In this document: positions 1 through 12,330 of the stretch, in pieces | How positions within the stretch are numbered: position 1 is the stretch's first letter | Layout of the letters: each line of letters begins with the position of its first letter | DNA from: the human T2T-CHM13v2.0 reference genome, Homo sapiens | DNA length: 64,000 nt | Strand: one strand, 5' to 3' | Assembly: GCF_009914755.1 (NCBI RefSeq) | Contig: NC_060932.1 | Notes under the pieces: generated by a model | What the model saw: the letters and a program-made list of their open reading frames with translations, nothing else | Databases searched by the model: none | What the model was told of the DNA's origin: nothing | Program-made: the position numbers and the translations under genes

Positions 1-83
1 GCTTCCTCACACCACTTTGCTTCTTCTCTCAACTTGGCCCAAAACTCAATGAGTCCTCCTCTGGCTGCCCCATTTAACATTTT

Positions 84-597
84 TTATTTTTTAATTTTTT
101 TTATTTCCATAGGATTTTGGGGAGCAGGTAGTATTTGGTTACATAGGTTCTTTAGCGGTGATTTGCGAGATTTTGGTGTACCCATTACCCCAGCAGTATA
201 CGCTGCACTCAATTTGTAGTCTTTTATCCCTCACCCCCTTCCCAACCTTCCCCCGACCCCCGAGTCCCCAAAGTCCATTGTATCATCCTTATGCTTTTGC
301 AACCTCATAGTTTAGCTCCCACTTATGAGTGAGAACATACAATGTTTGGTTTTCCATTCCTGAGTTACTTCACTTAGAACAATCTCCAATCCCATGTACC
401 CTGAGGAAAAGAAGTAATTATAGGAAAAAGATACTTGCACACTCATGTTTACAGCAGCACAATTCACAATCACAAAAATGTGGACCCAGCCCAAATGCCC
501 ATCAATCAATGAGTGGATAAAGAGACTATGGTATATATGTATGTGATGGAATACTACTTGGCCATAAAAATGAATGGATTAATGGCATTTGCAGCAA
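84..597 (-). mobile_element. 5'-inverted (twin-primed) truncated L1, L1PB-type 3' UTR
   Basis: 84-394 is L1 3' UTR plus T-rich tail on the minus strand; 395-597 is the upstream L1 segment on the plus strand; 15-bp TSD CCCATTTAACATTTT at 69-83 and 598-612. Confidence 0.9.
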
Positions 598-639
598 CCC
601 ATTTAACATTTTATGTCCTCACTCCTCTTTCATTTCTAA

Positions 640-850
640 GCCGACTTTCCTAGCTTAGTTTGTTTGATATAATGCTTACCATATTCTAACAGGCTATATA
701 ATTTACTTCCTGCTTTTTGTCTCTTTCCCTACTACACGTTACACTTCACTAGGGCAGGGATTTTCGTCTCATTTGTACATTGATGAACTTTCAGTATCCT
801 ATCCCTATGACAGCATAGGCACCCAGTACATGCTTACTGAATGAATACTG
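640..850 (+). mobile_element. L2 LINE 3' fragment
   Basis: gggcagggattt...cataggcacccagtacatgcttactgaatgaat resembles the L2 3' end. Confidence 0.55.
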
Positions 851-2201
851 GTTATTTATGAAAAGTGCTAGACTTCGAATTGGGAAACCTGGTCTGAAAT
901 TAAGGTTCTGCTTCATGTTTTCCATCATTCCTTTCTTCCCTCCTATGTGGTTCCCTTTCTTCCTCCAATACCCCTTGAAATTAGTGATTTTATAATTGCA
1001 CAGGGAAATTAATAGAAATCTACATTTTTTAAAAAAGTTATTTTCACCTTTTCAGACTCTCAAACTGATGTCAATATTCAGTATTCCTTTCCAACGATTG
1101 TTCGTATGCAAATACAATCTTATAAACATAACAAGGGTACTGTTTGTATTTTACTTGTGGCTTATTTTTTCCACAATGAAAATGGCTTTTCTCCCTGATT
1201 ACACATACATGTTTATTGTAAAACAACTGAATGGTGAATAACATAAGAAAAAGAAAATAAGCAATATTAAAATCTTACCACCTGAAATACCACCATTAGC
1301 ATTTTGATTATCATCTGTATTTGCTTCCCATTAGGCATCTGTATTTGTATATATGTCTATTTTTTTAAAAAACAGAAAAAGGACTGTAAAATAAATTCTA
1401 TTTATGATAGGTCATTGGATCTATTTAAAAAATACGTATGAATACAGCTTTTCTAAACAAGATACTAACCTGGTATATGACATTTTATTGATAATTTTCT
1501 CTAGTTTGCTTTATTTTTAGGTTGAGATTCCAATATTTGTATTTACCTAAAGGAAGCAGTTTGTGTAATCGCTTTCAAACTTGAATATCATCTATGGACC
1601 ATTTTACAGTAAAAATAAAATTATTCTAAATCCTGAGCACTGATTGTAGTTATTTTGTTGGAATATTAATGTATATTAACAAGTAACTCAACATATTTTT
1701 TGTTTATAGCTCTTATGTAAACTCAAAGTTTGTAAATTAAATATAAAAGCAACACTGCAAAAATCAATAAGATTCAAATTAATATTATTAACATAATATA
1801 ATGCATGATACTATTTTGATAAAACTAAATTTATAATGTTTAGTTTAATGATTAAATGAAATAGTCTCAACTTTGGTCCTATATTTAATCTCTCTCAGTA
1901 TTTTTGCTTAATAATACAGAAAATGTGAATTTGTAATTGTGTTTTACCAATTAAAATTAGTACCTTTAAGGCATTGTCGGCTAGTTCAAGTCAGTCAAAC
2001 CACATGCTTAATCAAAACTTACACCAATCAATTCATGTTTACAAATTTTAACGAAGTTTCATTCTATAAAATTGTCTCATTCAATTAAAGATACTAGTAA
2101 TCTTAGCATTGTGGCATTATTAAGGTCTACTTTCAAATGGTCAGTTTTTACCAGGATTATGAATAGAAATAATTGGCATTTCATTTTTACCACTACCTTA
2201 C

Positions 2202-2337
2202 TGCCACTTCACCAGCATGCACAGAGATGGGCATCTTTGCAGGATATCGCCTGGCAATCTGCCAAAGGCCCTGGCAACTCTGGTGCAGCTTTAGTTGTAT
2301 GATATTGCAGGACATGGGATGGCTCCACTTCTTTCCC
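2202..2337 (-). other. candidate second exon of a minus-strand transcript
   Basis: Acceptor ttttactttgctttaaatag|G at 2338/2337; possible donor GCA|GTAAGG at 2202/2201; locally higher GC than the flanks; no transcript evidence available. Confidence 0.35.
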
Positions 2338-2619
2338 CTATTTAAAGCAAAGTAAAACACGGGTTTGTCAGGTGTCCTATGACATTATTTGGTTATGACT
2401 CAGAAGGAATCTGCTCATAAACATAAACTTGGACTTTCAAGATACATAGTTATGACATGGTTACATTTCATTATAAGTTGGCCACAGTGCTGATGAAGGT
2501 GCTTATCTTTTACAAGTAGATTACTGCTGTAACTAAGCACATTATCTAACTTTGCTGGAGACCTCACTGGGTTGAGGGAATGGGAGTTCTGTGTCCCAGA
2601 TGGGAAAACACAGACATGA

Positions 2620-2835
2620 TGGGTTTTAGAATCTAGATAGTCTTGAGCTTAAATGGTAGTTTTGCAACTTGATAAGCTATGCAAACTTGTGCAGTTTACT
2701 TAACCTTTCTGAACCTCATTTTTCTTATTTGTAAAATGATTATTATCCTCATGGCTCTCATGCGAAGATCAACATTGCAGAGTTGTGGGGAGGACTTAAG
2801 GAGTTAATCCATGCCAAGTGTCTGCACAGTTCCAA
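2620..2835 (+). mobile_element. MIR SINE
   Basis: MIR core ttacttaacctttctgaacctcatttttcttatttgtaaaatg. Confidence 0.75.
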
Positions 2836-4075
2836 GTGTTACCTTTCAGTTCCAATATAAATAGTACAGCTAGTGGAGCCTCTAGCCCCAGGGAAAAAGC
2901 CTCAATAGATCAACAGTTCTTTTACTGAGTTCCTAAATCACTCCACAGAGTGGGTGATTATAGACTTAATCACCAGCTAGATATTAAGACCTAATTTTAC
3001 AACCACAACATTGCATAACTTTTCAGCAAGCAAGGGGATAATCTTTTTGCATATGAACAGTCTCTGATCTAAGAGAAGCATTTTTCTAAGGTTAAGACCC
3101 AAACTCAGTCCAGAGACAGCAGGCCAGTTTAATATGCATTCAAATTACGTGCAACACTCTTAAGGAGCAGTGTTCAAGGCAGAGGAGGATATGAGGTAAT
3201 TAAGAAACTTTTGTGGATGATTAAATGTTCAAACATGCTATGGACAGCTTTCCATATCTGATGACAGTAAAAAAAGAACTATGGCTGATTGTCATGGCTT
3301 CTATTTAAAGAGCAGCTTTTATTTCATTCATAGATATTTATCCAGACCTATTTTTTTCTTCTAAGCACTTTTCTTGAAGAGTAGACGGTAACATACTAGA
3401 GAAAATCATGCATAGATACATGGACACAAGGCAATATGAGACATACTGTATTCCTGACATCTGCTAAATGCTGCGGAGGGGTTGAGAGTTCTATCGATGG
3501 ATTTAAAATAAGCCTTTGCAGATCAAGCAGGCTTTTTTTTTGCTTTTTTAATTTTTTCACCTGTACACTTTTGGAAGCATCGTGGACTTAGTACTTTCTC
3601 AGTTCACTTGCATTTTCTGTAGAGTCAAAAGTTAGATAATTACCTCAAGGTGGAGTCCAGGCTGATTCCCAGGATGGTTTATATTTGAAGGAGGAGTGAT
3701 AAGTTCAAGAGTGCATAGTACCCTGGACCTAACGCCAAGCCAGGAAAGGACCCACTCTCTTTTCAGCGTGACAATGGAAAGTTGCTTTTGTCTTCGAATG
3801 CACGCTTCCTGAGTCAGTGCAGGAGATGAACTGGTTAAAAAAAAATGTCTACTTGGTGGTTTAAAAAAAAAAGTAGAGGAAGAATGAGGAGCTGAATATA
3901 AATTGCCAGGGGAGGCTGGAAAGAAAGAACTGACGCTAACTGTGTTATCCATGTAGTAGCGGAGGCCTCTAAGCTTGGCACCAGCTGACAGCAGCGTGCT
4001 GTAAGTAGGGATTAGATCCAGTGCCGGAGCAAAGAAATATTCCTTTCTCTCCCCACTGGCGCCCCGGACACCTAC

Positions 4076-4206
4076 CGTCATTACTTCCATTATCTCTTCG
4101 TCCATGAGGCCACCTGGCCACCGCCAAGCTTTTCTCAGCTGACACTGTTGATTGTGTTTATTCAAAGTCCTCCGCGTGTATCGCTCTGCATCCGCGTTCC
4201 CCCACT
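4076..4206 (-). other. candidate first exon of a minus-strand transcript
   Basis: Starts at Inr-like CCAGT about 28 nt downstream of TATAAAG; first ATG at 4105 (MDEEIMEVMT); donor ACG|GTAGGT at 4076/4075; local CpG enrichment. Confidence 0.5.
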
Positions 4207-4340
4207 GGGCTGTGTAGGTCTGTGGAGCTTTATAAGTTTCCTTTCAACAGCTGGCAGCTACAAATTAACTTTTTGACTTCATTTGACTAATAGGCTGAAT
4301 TATCCCTAATTTGGAGCACCTGAAGCGCTCCCCGCCACCT
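4206..4340 (-). promoter_or_regulatory. Pol II promoter with TATA box, E-box, CArG box and GC box (muscle/SRF-type layout)
   Basis: TATAAAG 4234-4228 (minus); CAGCTG 4248-4253; perfect CC(A/T)6GG CCTAATTTGG 4305-4314; CCCCGCC near 4331-4337; more CAGCTG at 4136-4141 and 3982-3987. Confidence 0.6.
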
Positions 4341-4621
4341 CCCTCTCCCGTCTAACCACCTTTTCTTATCCATCAGGAGCTGAGTGGCAGGGAAGCAGCA
4401 TATGGAGAGTCAGGCAGTCTTGGTCAGAGCCCTGAAGTTTGTTTTTCCATCCCTGCCGAATCACTGAACGGCTCAGACTGTTCCAATCAACACATCCTAT
4501 CTCTGTGGTCAAGGCTGGTGTGAATGCAAGATGCCACTGCAGTTGCAAGGGCGAAAATGACCAGGGAAACCAATCATTCCTCTGCCTTTGGGGCATGTAC
4601 CTTCCCTCAATAGGCAATTTC

Positions 4622-5609
4622 TTTTCTTTCCTTATTTTTTTTAAAATCGTTTTTATGTATTTCAATTTTTTTTAAAATTTCAGCAGCTTTAGGGGTGCAA
4701 GTGGTTACATGGATGAATTGTACAGTGGTGAAGTCTAGGATTTTAGTGTACCCATCACCCAAGTAGCGTACATTGTGCCCAATAGGTAAATTTTCATCCC
4801 TCATCTCCCTTCCATCCTCCCCCTTCTGAGTCTCCAATGTCTATTATACCACTTCATATGCCTTTGTGTGCGCATAGCTTAGCTCCCACTTGTAAGTGTG
4901 AACTAAGTATCTGGTTTTTTATTTTCCTGAGTTACTTCATTTAGAATAATGGCCTCCAGGTCCATCCAAGTTGCCGCAAAAGACATTATCTCATTCTTTT
5001 ATATGGCTGAGTAGTACCCCATGATATATATACCACATTTTCCTTATCCACTCATCAGTTGATGGGCAATTAGGTTGACTCCATATCTTTCTTTGCAATT
5101 GTGAATTGTGCTGCGATAAACACATGTGTGCTGGTGTCTTTTTGATAGAGTAACTTATTTTTCTTTGGGAAGAGGCCCGGTACTGGGATTGCTGGATCAA
5201 ATGGTTGATTTAGTTCTTTGAGAAATCTCCATCCTGTTTTCTATAGAGGTTGTACTCATCTACATTCCCACCAGTAGTGTCTATGCATCCCCTTTGCACC
5301 ACATCCATGCCAACATCTATTGTTTTTTGACTTTTTAGTAATGGCCATTCCGGCTGGGGCAAGGTGGTATCATTTTGTGGTTTTAATTTGCCTTTCCCTG
5401 ATGATTAGAGATGTGGAGCATTTTTTCATATGTTTGTTGGCCATTTATATGTTTTCTTTTGAGAAATATCTATGCATATCCTTTGCCCACTTTTTAATGG
5501 GCTTGTTTTTTTTCTTGCTAATTTGCTTGAGTTCCTTGTAGATTCTGGATATCAGTACTTCGTCAGATGCATAATTTGCAAATATTTTCTCCCATTCTGT
5601 GGGTTGTCT
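4622..5609 (-). mobile_element. 5'-truncated L1 (L1PB/L1MA1-like)
   Basis: Antisense ORF2 end and 3' UTR with T-rich tail; TSD CTCAATAGGCAATTTC at 4606-4621 and 5608-5623. Confidence 0.92.
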
Positions 5610-6723
5610 CAATAGGCAATTTCCAGCCTAGAAAGTCTAATTCAGGGTTGCCTGTGGCACCGCAAGCTTTGATTTCCTCCAGTATTCCCAGGAGGTTAGA
5701 CTAAGTGGGACAGCGTTCTCTTTCACCCCTCCTCATTTTCCCAGGAACCAGATGGTTGAAAACTCACTTCGCTCACACAATCAGTAAGAAATGAAAAAAA
5801 AAAGTTTTATTTTCTGCCTCAGAATCCCACCTGCATCTACTGATAGGGGCTTCTGGCCCACTCTCTTCCAGCTGGATTTCCTTACAGCCCCCAAAATAGT
5901 TCAACAGAGTCTGTAAAGTTGAATAAAGATCTTCCTACTATCCTGTCAGGCTCAAGTACCAATTTTCTTCCCAGAGAGTTTTCCCTAGAGGGCACTGAAG
6001 GAAAACCAGCACAAACACAACTCTTAAAATCTCTTGCAGATCCATGGTGCTCTGCTCCCTGCAGTTTTAGCTGCTAAAGCTCTTTTCATCATACGGCTCT
6101 CCTGGAACCTCCCCTCCGTAAAAGCCTGGCCTGGAGAATGAGGCTGGGGAGACGAGAAAGGCAGATAAACAAGATTTGCTGTAACAAAAAAAGCCAAAAC
6201 ATCCACGACTTAAATCTTATAAGGGGAGTTACACTTTATAAAAGCAATTCAGATGCACTTTGCACATGGAACAGAGTGGAAATAGTTTCCTAGAGATAAA
6301 ATTGGAGCACAGGAAGTGAACATCCATGCCAGAACCTTAAATTGGATGTTGCTTGATTTTATTCCCCCTAGGTTTTATTTCCTATAAGCTCTTATTTTAC
6401 GGTTTATAGTTTAGTCAACCATATGCCCTAATTTTTCTAGAACAACCCTTGTTTATACCTGTTGTCATGACATAATTTTAAATAGAGTCTTCTTCCACTT
6501 GCAGAAATACTCCAATTAGGATAACACATTTTATAAGGTCAGCCTGTTTGCTATTAACTCTCAAATCATCATTTGTCCCATCTCCCAACCTAAAGATGAT
6601 AGGCAGATTGGATCAGTTGCTTTTTGAGAATTTACATTAATATTATAAGAGGAAAATATCATTTGAAGTCTCATTTCCTCTCTATAACCTTTTTCCCTTC
6701 ACTTGGGGCAAATAGTGATTGAG

Positions 6724-6935
6724 AGGCAGTGTGTTGGAAAGAGTGTGAAATTTGAAGTGCTACAGGCTTGGGTTTTAATCCATCGTGATGACATTGACTC
6801 TAACTTTGGTCGATTAAGCTCTTCCTTTTCCTCATTGCCTTCATTTGAAAAATGAAGCTAATTATAATTATCCTAAAAGGCAGTTGAAAGAGTTATATAA
6901 AGATAATGTAGGTATGGAACCTACCACAGTGGCTA
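6724..6935 (+). mobile_element. MIR SINE
   Basis: gaggcagtgtg...gggttttaatcc...ttcctcatt...aaaatg MIR layout. Confidence 0.6.
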
Positions 6936-7157
6936 GAAGTGGCAGCTAGAACAGTCAGCAAGAGCTCTAGCAGTAGATACAGCCACCATAGTGGTAATAA
7001 TCACAGGCAGGTCAACCTCTGTAGTAGCAGAGGAAAAAGGCATGAAATTTGGGTCAGAGATCTCTGGTTAAGCTATTGTTCTGCAGCAAAATACACAGGA
7101 CAAGCAAGCTAATTCCCTCCCCTGAGTTTCATTTAGGCTGTGCCAAAATTGCAATTA

Positions 7158-7394
7158 CAATTGGCCCTTGAACAACATGGGTTTGAACTGAATGAGTCCA
7201 CTGATTCAGATTGTTTTCAACTGAATGTTGATCAAAAATACAATATTCACCGGATGGGAAACCCGAGTATGTGGAGGGCTGGGCAGGGCCAAGCAGGGCT
7301 GAGCAGGGCCAACTTTAGGACTTGAGTGTGCGTGGATTTTGGCATACCCATGGAGTCCTGGAACCAATCTTCCAGGTATACTAAGAGATGACTG
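7158..7394. mobile_element. Tigger4a/MER46A-like DNA transposon (TcMar-Tigger)
   Basis: ca.ttggcccttgaacaacatgggtttgaactg ... gagatgactg termini with TA on both sides; 237 bp. Confidence 0.8.
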
Positions 7395-7718
7395 TAATGT
7401 CTTTTAATGGCAAAATAAAATAATACTTATGAAGAACTCAGTAAAGTTTATATGGCCTTAAAGTATCATTTTCTGGATGTTCTATCAATGCTCTTTTGGA
7501 GTATTCCTGCACACTGTGAGATCATGTTTGATACTGCAGTCTAAGAGCTGGGAGATACACTCAACTCAGAAATGATGGCCCTGGTCTTGAAAACCCAAGG
7601 TCTGCAAGCAGTGAACTGGGAACTGAAGTTAATGAGTGGAGACTTATAGAAGCAAACTGGTTGTCAATGGAAGAAAGAACTCTAACAATCCAAGGTGTTG
7701 AAGGTACACTGTCCACTC

Positions 7719-8295
7719 TGTGTGGCTGACATGATTAATTGCTTACCCAGGAGCCACCTTCTCTCATTTTCTGGTAACAGACCCCTGATTTTTAGGTAGA
7801 AAGAGATCCTCCATATCAGTGGAAGCTGGCCCTGCATCGAGGCCCAAGCAATGATTCAATACTTGGTTCAAGCCAAACATGGTGATCCCATTTTTCTGTG
7901 CCAGTGATAATCCTAGCAGTGGGGTCCTGCTCCCATTCTGGCCATAAGACATAAATCCTGGTGTGGGAGATGGATCGGGGGGTGAGGGACATGACTTGGA
8001 GATTTAAAAGATGCACTCTGTCTTTCCTTTCATTCCTACTTGCTCCCATTCCTACCTCCTTGATTTCTTTGTGGAAGGAGTTTGGCAGCCATATTATAAT
8101 CACGAGACCAACAAGCATGAGGATGAGCAGCCAAAATGGTGAAAACAGACCCAGTGACGTTTCTGCACAACTGATCAGCCCAGGAGCATCTGCCACTGGT
8201 CCACTTAAGGGAGATAATACATGTACATGTGTCATTTGTTCCACTCTTAGACATACAGTCTATGACTTATGGCAAGAAGCATTCCTAACTGACAT
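7719..8295 (+). mobile_element. old MaLR LTR (MLT1K/L-like)
   Basis: tg start, ttggcagccatattataatcacgag motif, 3' end gaagcattcctaactgaca. Confidence 0.6.
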
Positions 8296-11119
8296 ATCCT
8301 CATAAGCTAGAATTAGATCAATAAATTTCAAAGAGTGCTTAATAGTCTCTTTTTTCTTCTGCATTCCCTTTCAATTGTCTTTGACAATGAGCACTTTGAT
8401 GGAATATCATGCTTGGGTCATGCAAAGAAGAAAATTCATCAGCTGCGGAGAGAACTCTCTCATATTAACAAAAACATATCCCCACTTATTTGTGAAGATA
8501 AGTGTAGAAATTAGGTGTAGCAAAAGATGTTGTTCTCTAAAAAGAATGGGATTTTTAGATTCTCAATCAGTGGCTGCATAAAATCCTGCTGTGATGAAAC
8601 CATGAAATGCAACTCAGTCAATTGGTCTGAACATTTTGAATTTGTAATTTTGGAGTCAGCTGGCATCCTTTATGTCTCCAGTCCACATAATATGCACATA
8701 AAACCAAGAGTTAAAAATAATAAAAATAAGATCTGAAAATCCACACTGGGCTTTCCTGTCGGTTGTGGTTCCATTTTTATGGCAGGATTAATATTTGACA
8801 CATACCAGCTCATTAAAAAAAAGTAACCTTGGGACACAGTGTCAGGTGGAGATATTTTGTTAATATGTGCTTGAAATTATGCAGCCATAAAGAGCATTCC
8901 CACTAATTATCTTGGCATTCATGTTAGGCTGACCGGTTTGTCACCAAGTTAGGGGTGGCAGAATAGAGAGCTTCCTTCATGCTGTCTCATGCATTGCTTT
9001 ACTCCATTTTTCTCTCAAACTCATTACTTCATGCTCAAATTTATGCAAAAGAGGGTAATGAGGTAGCCAAAGGTTATGGGGGGAGGGGCAAAGGGCTTTC
9101 GGATGATGAAAACATTGGTAACTAGGGAGGCCAGCCTCAGGCTGTCTGAAATTGAAATTTGGGGCTAAATTAATAACTCAACCTGAGCATAAGCAATTTC
9201 ACAGTAAGACTCCTCAAAGGTTGAAACTATGTAGTTTTACATAAAAGAATCTCTAGATATGACAGGAAAAACAAAGTTCAAGACTGTTCCATTGCAAAGT
9301 ATCACCTTTTGGGCAAGGCAAATAGAAAGAGGTGTGGTGCACCCATTATTCAAACTTTCCATAGAATATGCTTTCAGATTTTGATCTATAGAATGTGTGT
9401 TTCTGTATATAGTCTTAGGGATCAATAGTGATCTTGCACATAATTATATGTGCAAACAAACAGACACCTATTCTACAGTTATCCCCCTCATGACCTGTCC
9501 AGAGTCAGTGTCAGCTAGTGTCTTGGAAAAGCTCAGGAGCAGAGCAAGATGCTGACTGGGACCATGACTGTGATTTTCCTTTATTTCTTTGCATTTCAGG
9601 GCCAGGAACATTGAGATAATTTCCCAAAGTCTACTTAAAAACACAGTGGACTATTTATTTGTATTTTCAGGGTGGGCATATTTAAGGGAACACTCCCAGA
9701 GGGGAAAAAATGTCAAAGAACAACAGCAAACAAGTAAAAACAGATACCTGGGAGAGAGTATAGATTGGTCTCTGAAGACACTAGCCTACAGCTATTCTGT
9801 AGACTGAAAGGTTATCACAATCCTTGGCATTAGAGATAGATGAGAATGAAAATAGAAAATACAATCCTCTCTTTCTCCTAAACCATGTTTGCCCTTCCAG
9901 TATGCTGTATTTGATTATGTTTCAAATTAGTTATAACCTCTTGATAAGATCAACAGAAGGACACAAAATTGATTAGAAGGATTATAAGGTTGGCATAAGA
10001 TGGCCAGCTAAAATTCTTTGACCTATATAGTATGGAAAGCCATGGTTAAAACACAATTGATCAGAGGCTACACTGGGGATAGAAGTAATGATCTAGAAAT
10101 ATTTGCAATTTAAAATACTCAAACGTTGGACAAATCGAAGGATTTCTTTGTACAAATGGAAGAAGACAGGATTTAAGTGATCTTTTGAATGTCAGACAGA
10201 AGCTGAACTAGAGCTCTGGTCTTGTGATGCACACTGCAGGGGTTTTTCACTACCCAGCATGCTCTCATGAACTGTGAGATGAGACAGATGAAAGAAATGA
10301 TCTCGAAGCTCTGGTCCAGCTATCTGTTGTCGACTGTGCCATCTCATTATCTGTGAGAGGACATTAATAAGAGCCAACTTTGTCTACCGATAATGCAGAG
10401 GTTGTCAGGTGGTCTATGTTCCTTTTAAGCAACAGTTGTTCCATGACTTCCTTTCTTCCAAGAATTTATTCACATCAGTCCAGAAGCAGCCACAAAAAGT
10501 GGAAGACCTCTTCCTCTCCCCTAGCACAACCAGGAAGAATAAAGATGTTTTATAAAAAAAGAGTCTCTTCTGTTTAAGTTGAAAAATAAAGTAGCTTTTA
10601 GTTACAGGTTCCTTTTTTCCCACTTCTCCAGTAAGTCAGCCAGAAGTGTAAGGGCAGGCATGCTGAGCTTTATTAGCCAAAACTGTCTACAATTTGCCCC
10701 CAGTTTTCACTCCCAACCTCATTTCTGAAAATTTCCACCACTCAAACCCTAAGTCAAACTGAACTGGATTTTTCTTTTACAAATGCCCATTTTCATTTGC
10801 TTCAACCTCTAACAGCATTTCCTTTCTCTACATTTTTTAAACCATAAGGAAATTATCTGGCCTCCAGTTTCTCAGAGAAAGAGAACCACAGGTGCAACCT
10901 CAACTTACCACTTCTAAATCACCAAACCCTATACATAGACCCATTTTCTCTTGCTTCTGATTTTTAAAATCTAAGGTCATGTTGTCCGGAGACTATCCTT
11001 TTTGCATTTCATGAAATATCATTCCTTGGTTATTTGCTCTTTCAATTGTATCTTAACCTTATCTTCCATATTACTGCTATCAGGATTATAACATGTTCAA
11101 ATTTCACTCATTATAAAAG

Positions 11120-11400
11120 CCCATTAGTAGTAGACTGGATAAAGAAAATGTGGTACATATACACCATGGAACACTAAACAGCCATAAAAAAGAATGAGAT
11201 TATTCCTTTGCAGCAACATGGATAGAGCTGGAGGCCAATTTCCTTAGCATACTAACTCAGGAATAGAAAACCAAATACTAATGAATACTAGGCTTAGTAC
11301 CTGAGTGACAAAATAATTTGTACACCAAACCCCCATGACACACAGTTTACCTGTAAAACAAACCTTCCCATCTACCCCGGAACCTAGAATAAAAGTTATG
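11120..11400 (+). mobile_element. L1PA13-16-like 3' end with internal deletion
   Basis: gactggataaagaaaatgtggtacatatacaccatgg ... tgtacaccaaacccccatgacacacagtttacc ... aataaaagtt. Confidence 0.85.
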
Positions 11401-11529
11401 ATAAAAATACACTTCCTCAATCTCATTCTCCTGATAAGTATGACCTTCTTCTTAAATATAGTTAATATAGTACTTTTACAATAAGTAGATAATTATGAAC
11501 TAGTTATTTAATGTTTTTCTTTCCTCTTA

Positions 11530-11690
11530 ATAAAAGTGTTATGGAGTAGGTACTGAGGTTGTTTAACTCGCTACTGAATATCTAGTGCCTACCACAGTTT
11601 CTGACACATAGTAGGAGGTGGTCAATAAATTTTTGATCACTGATTAATATGTAAATGAATGAATGCATAAATAAATATATGAATAACGTT
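11530..11690 (+). mobile_element. L2 3' end
   Basis: tagtgcctaccacagtttctgacacatagtagg...caataaat...tgaatgaatg. Confidence 0.7.
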
Positions 11691-12049
11691 CTTTCTTTGG
11701 ATCTTTGCTCATATTGTTCCTTCCCTGTAATCAGAATCCTCTTTCCTGCCTTATCTTTTTTTAATACAAATCTTACATATTAACTGTTGATATTAAAATA
11801 AAATGTACTATGTTGTCCACCTTCTCCCACACCAGAAGAATTCCCTGATGTCTTCAAGGAAAAATAGTTACTCCTTCCTCAGAACCCTTGTTATTAGAAT
11901 CTTTTGGTAACTTACACTCTAGTAATTTGTGTGCATGACTTTTCTGCAGTGAAATACTGAGTGCTCACTCCAGTATAGGGACGTCATTGTGTCCTCCACA
12001 AGAACATGGCATTGCACAGAAAAAAATGCTTAATAAGTTTTGAGCTAAT

Positions 12050-12330
12050 TGATTCATTCATTTGTTCATTCACTCAAGAATACCCACCAAGTACCTACCA
12101 AGGCCAGGGCTAGAAATAAAACGGTATATAAGGCATAGTCTCTGTCTTCACAGGGCTTTTCATAGGTGATACAGAAAAAGTAACAGGCAATTATGTTAGT
12201 GTGGTAAATATTATGGTAAATATAACTGCAGAACAAGGAGCACCTAAGATAGTCTTGTGTCTATAGGAGGCTTCTCAGAAGAAGGGATACTTGAGTTGAG
12301 TTCTAAAAGGTGGGTAGAAATCAGCCTAGG
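12050..12330 (-). mobile_element. L2 fragment
   Basis: attcattcatttgttcattcactc tail followed by antisense L2-like body. Confidence 0.65.

Noticed and set aside
3632-4165. 177-aa minus-strand ORF, the longest in the window
   Set aside because: Non-ATG start, reads through the donor at 4076 into homopolymer-rich sequence, no recognisable domain
2140-4340. Identification as the myoregulin (MRLN) locus because of the E-box/CArG promoter
   Set aside because: No myoregulin ORF seen (the ctggtaaaaactg match near 2145 lacks the ATG and continuation) and no CCDC6 exons seen upstream; no gene symbol assigned
8771-8782. CCATTTTTATGG as a second CArG box
   Set aside because: Eight A/T bases between CC and GG, not six
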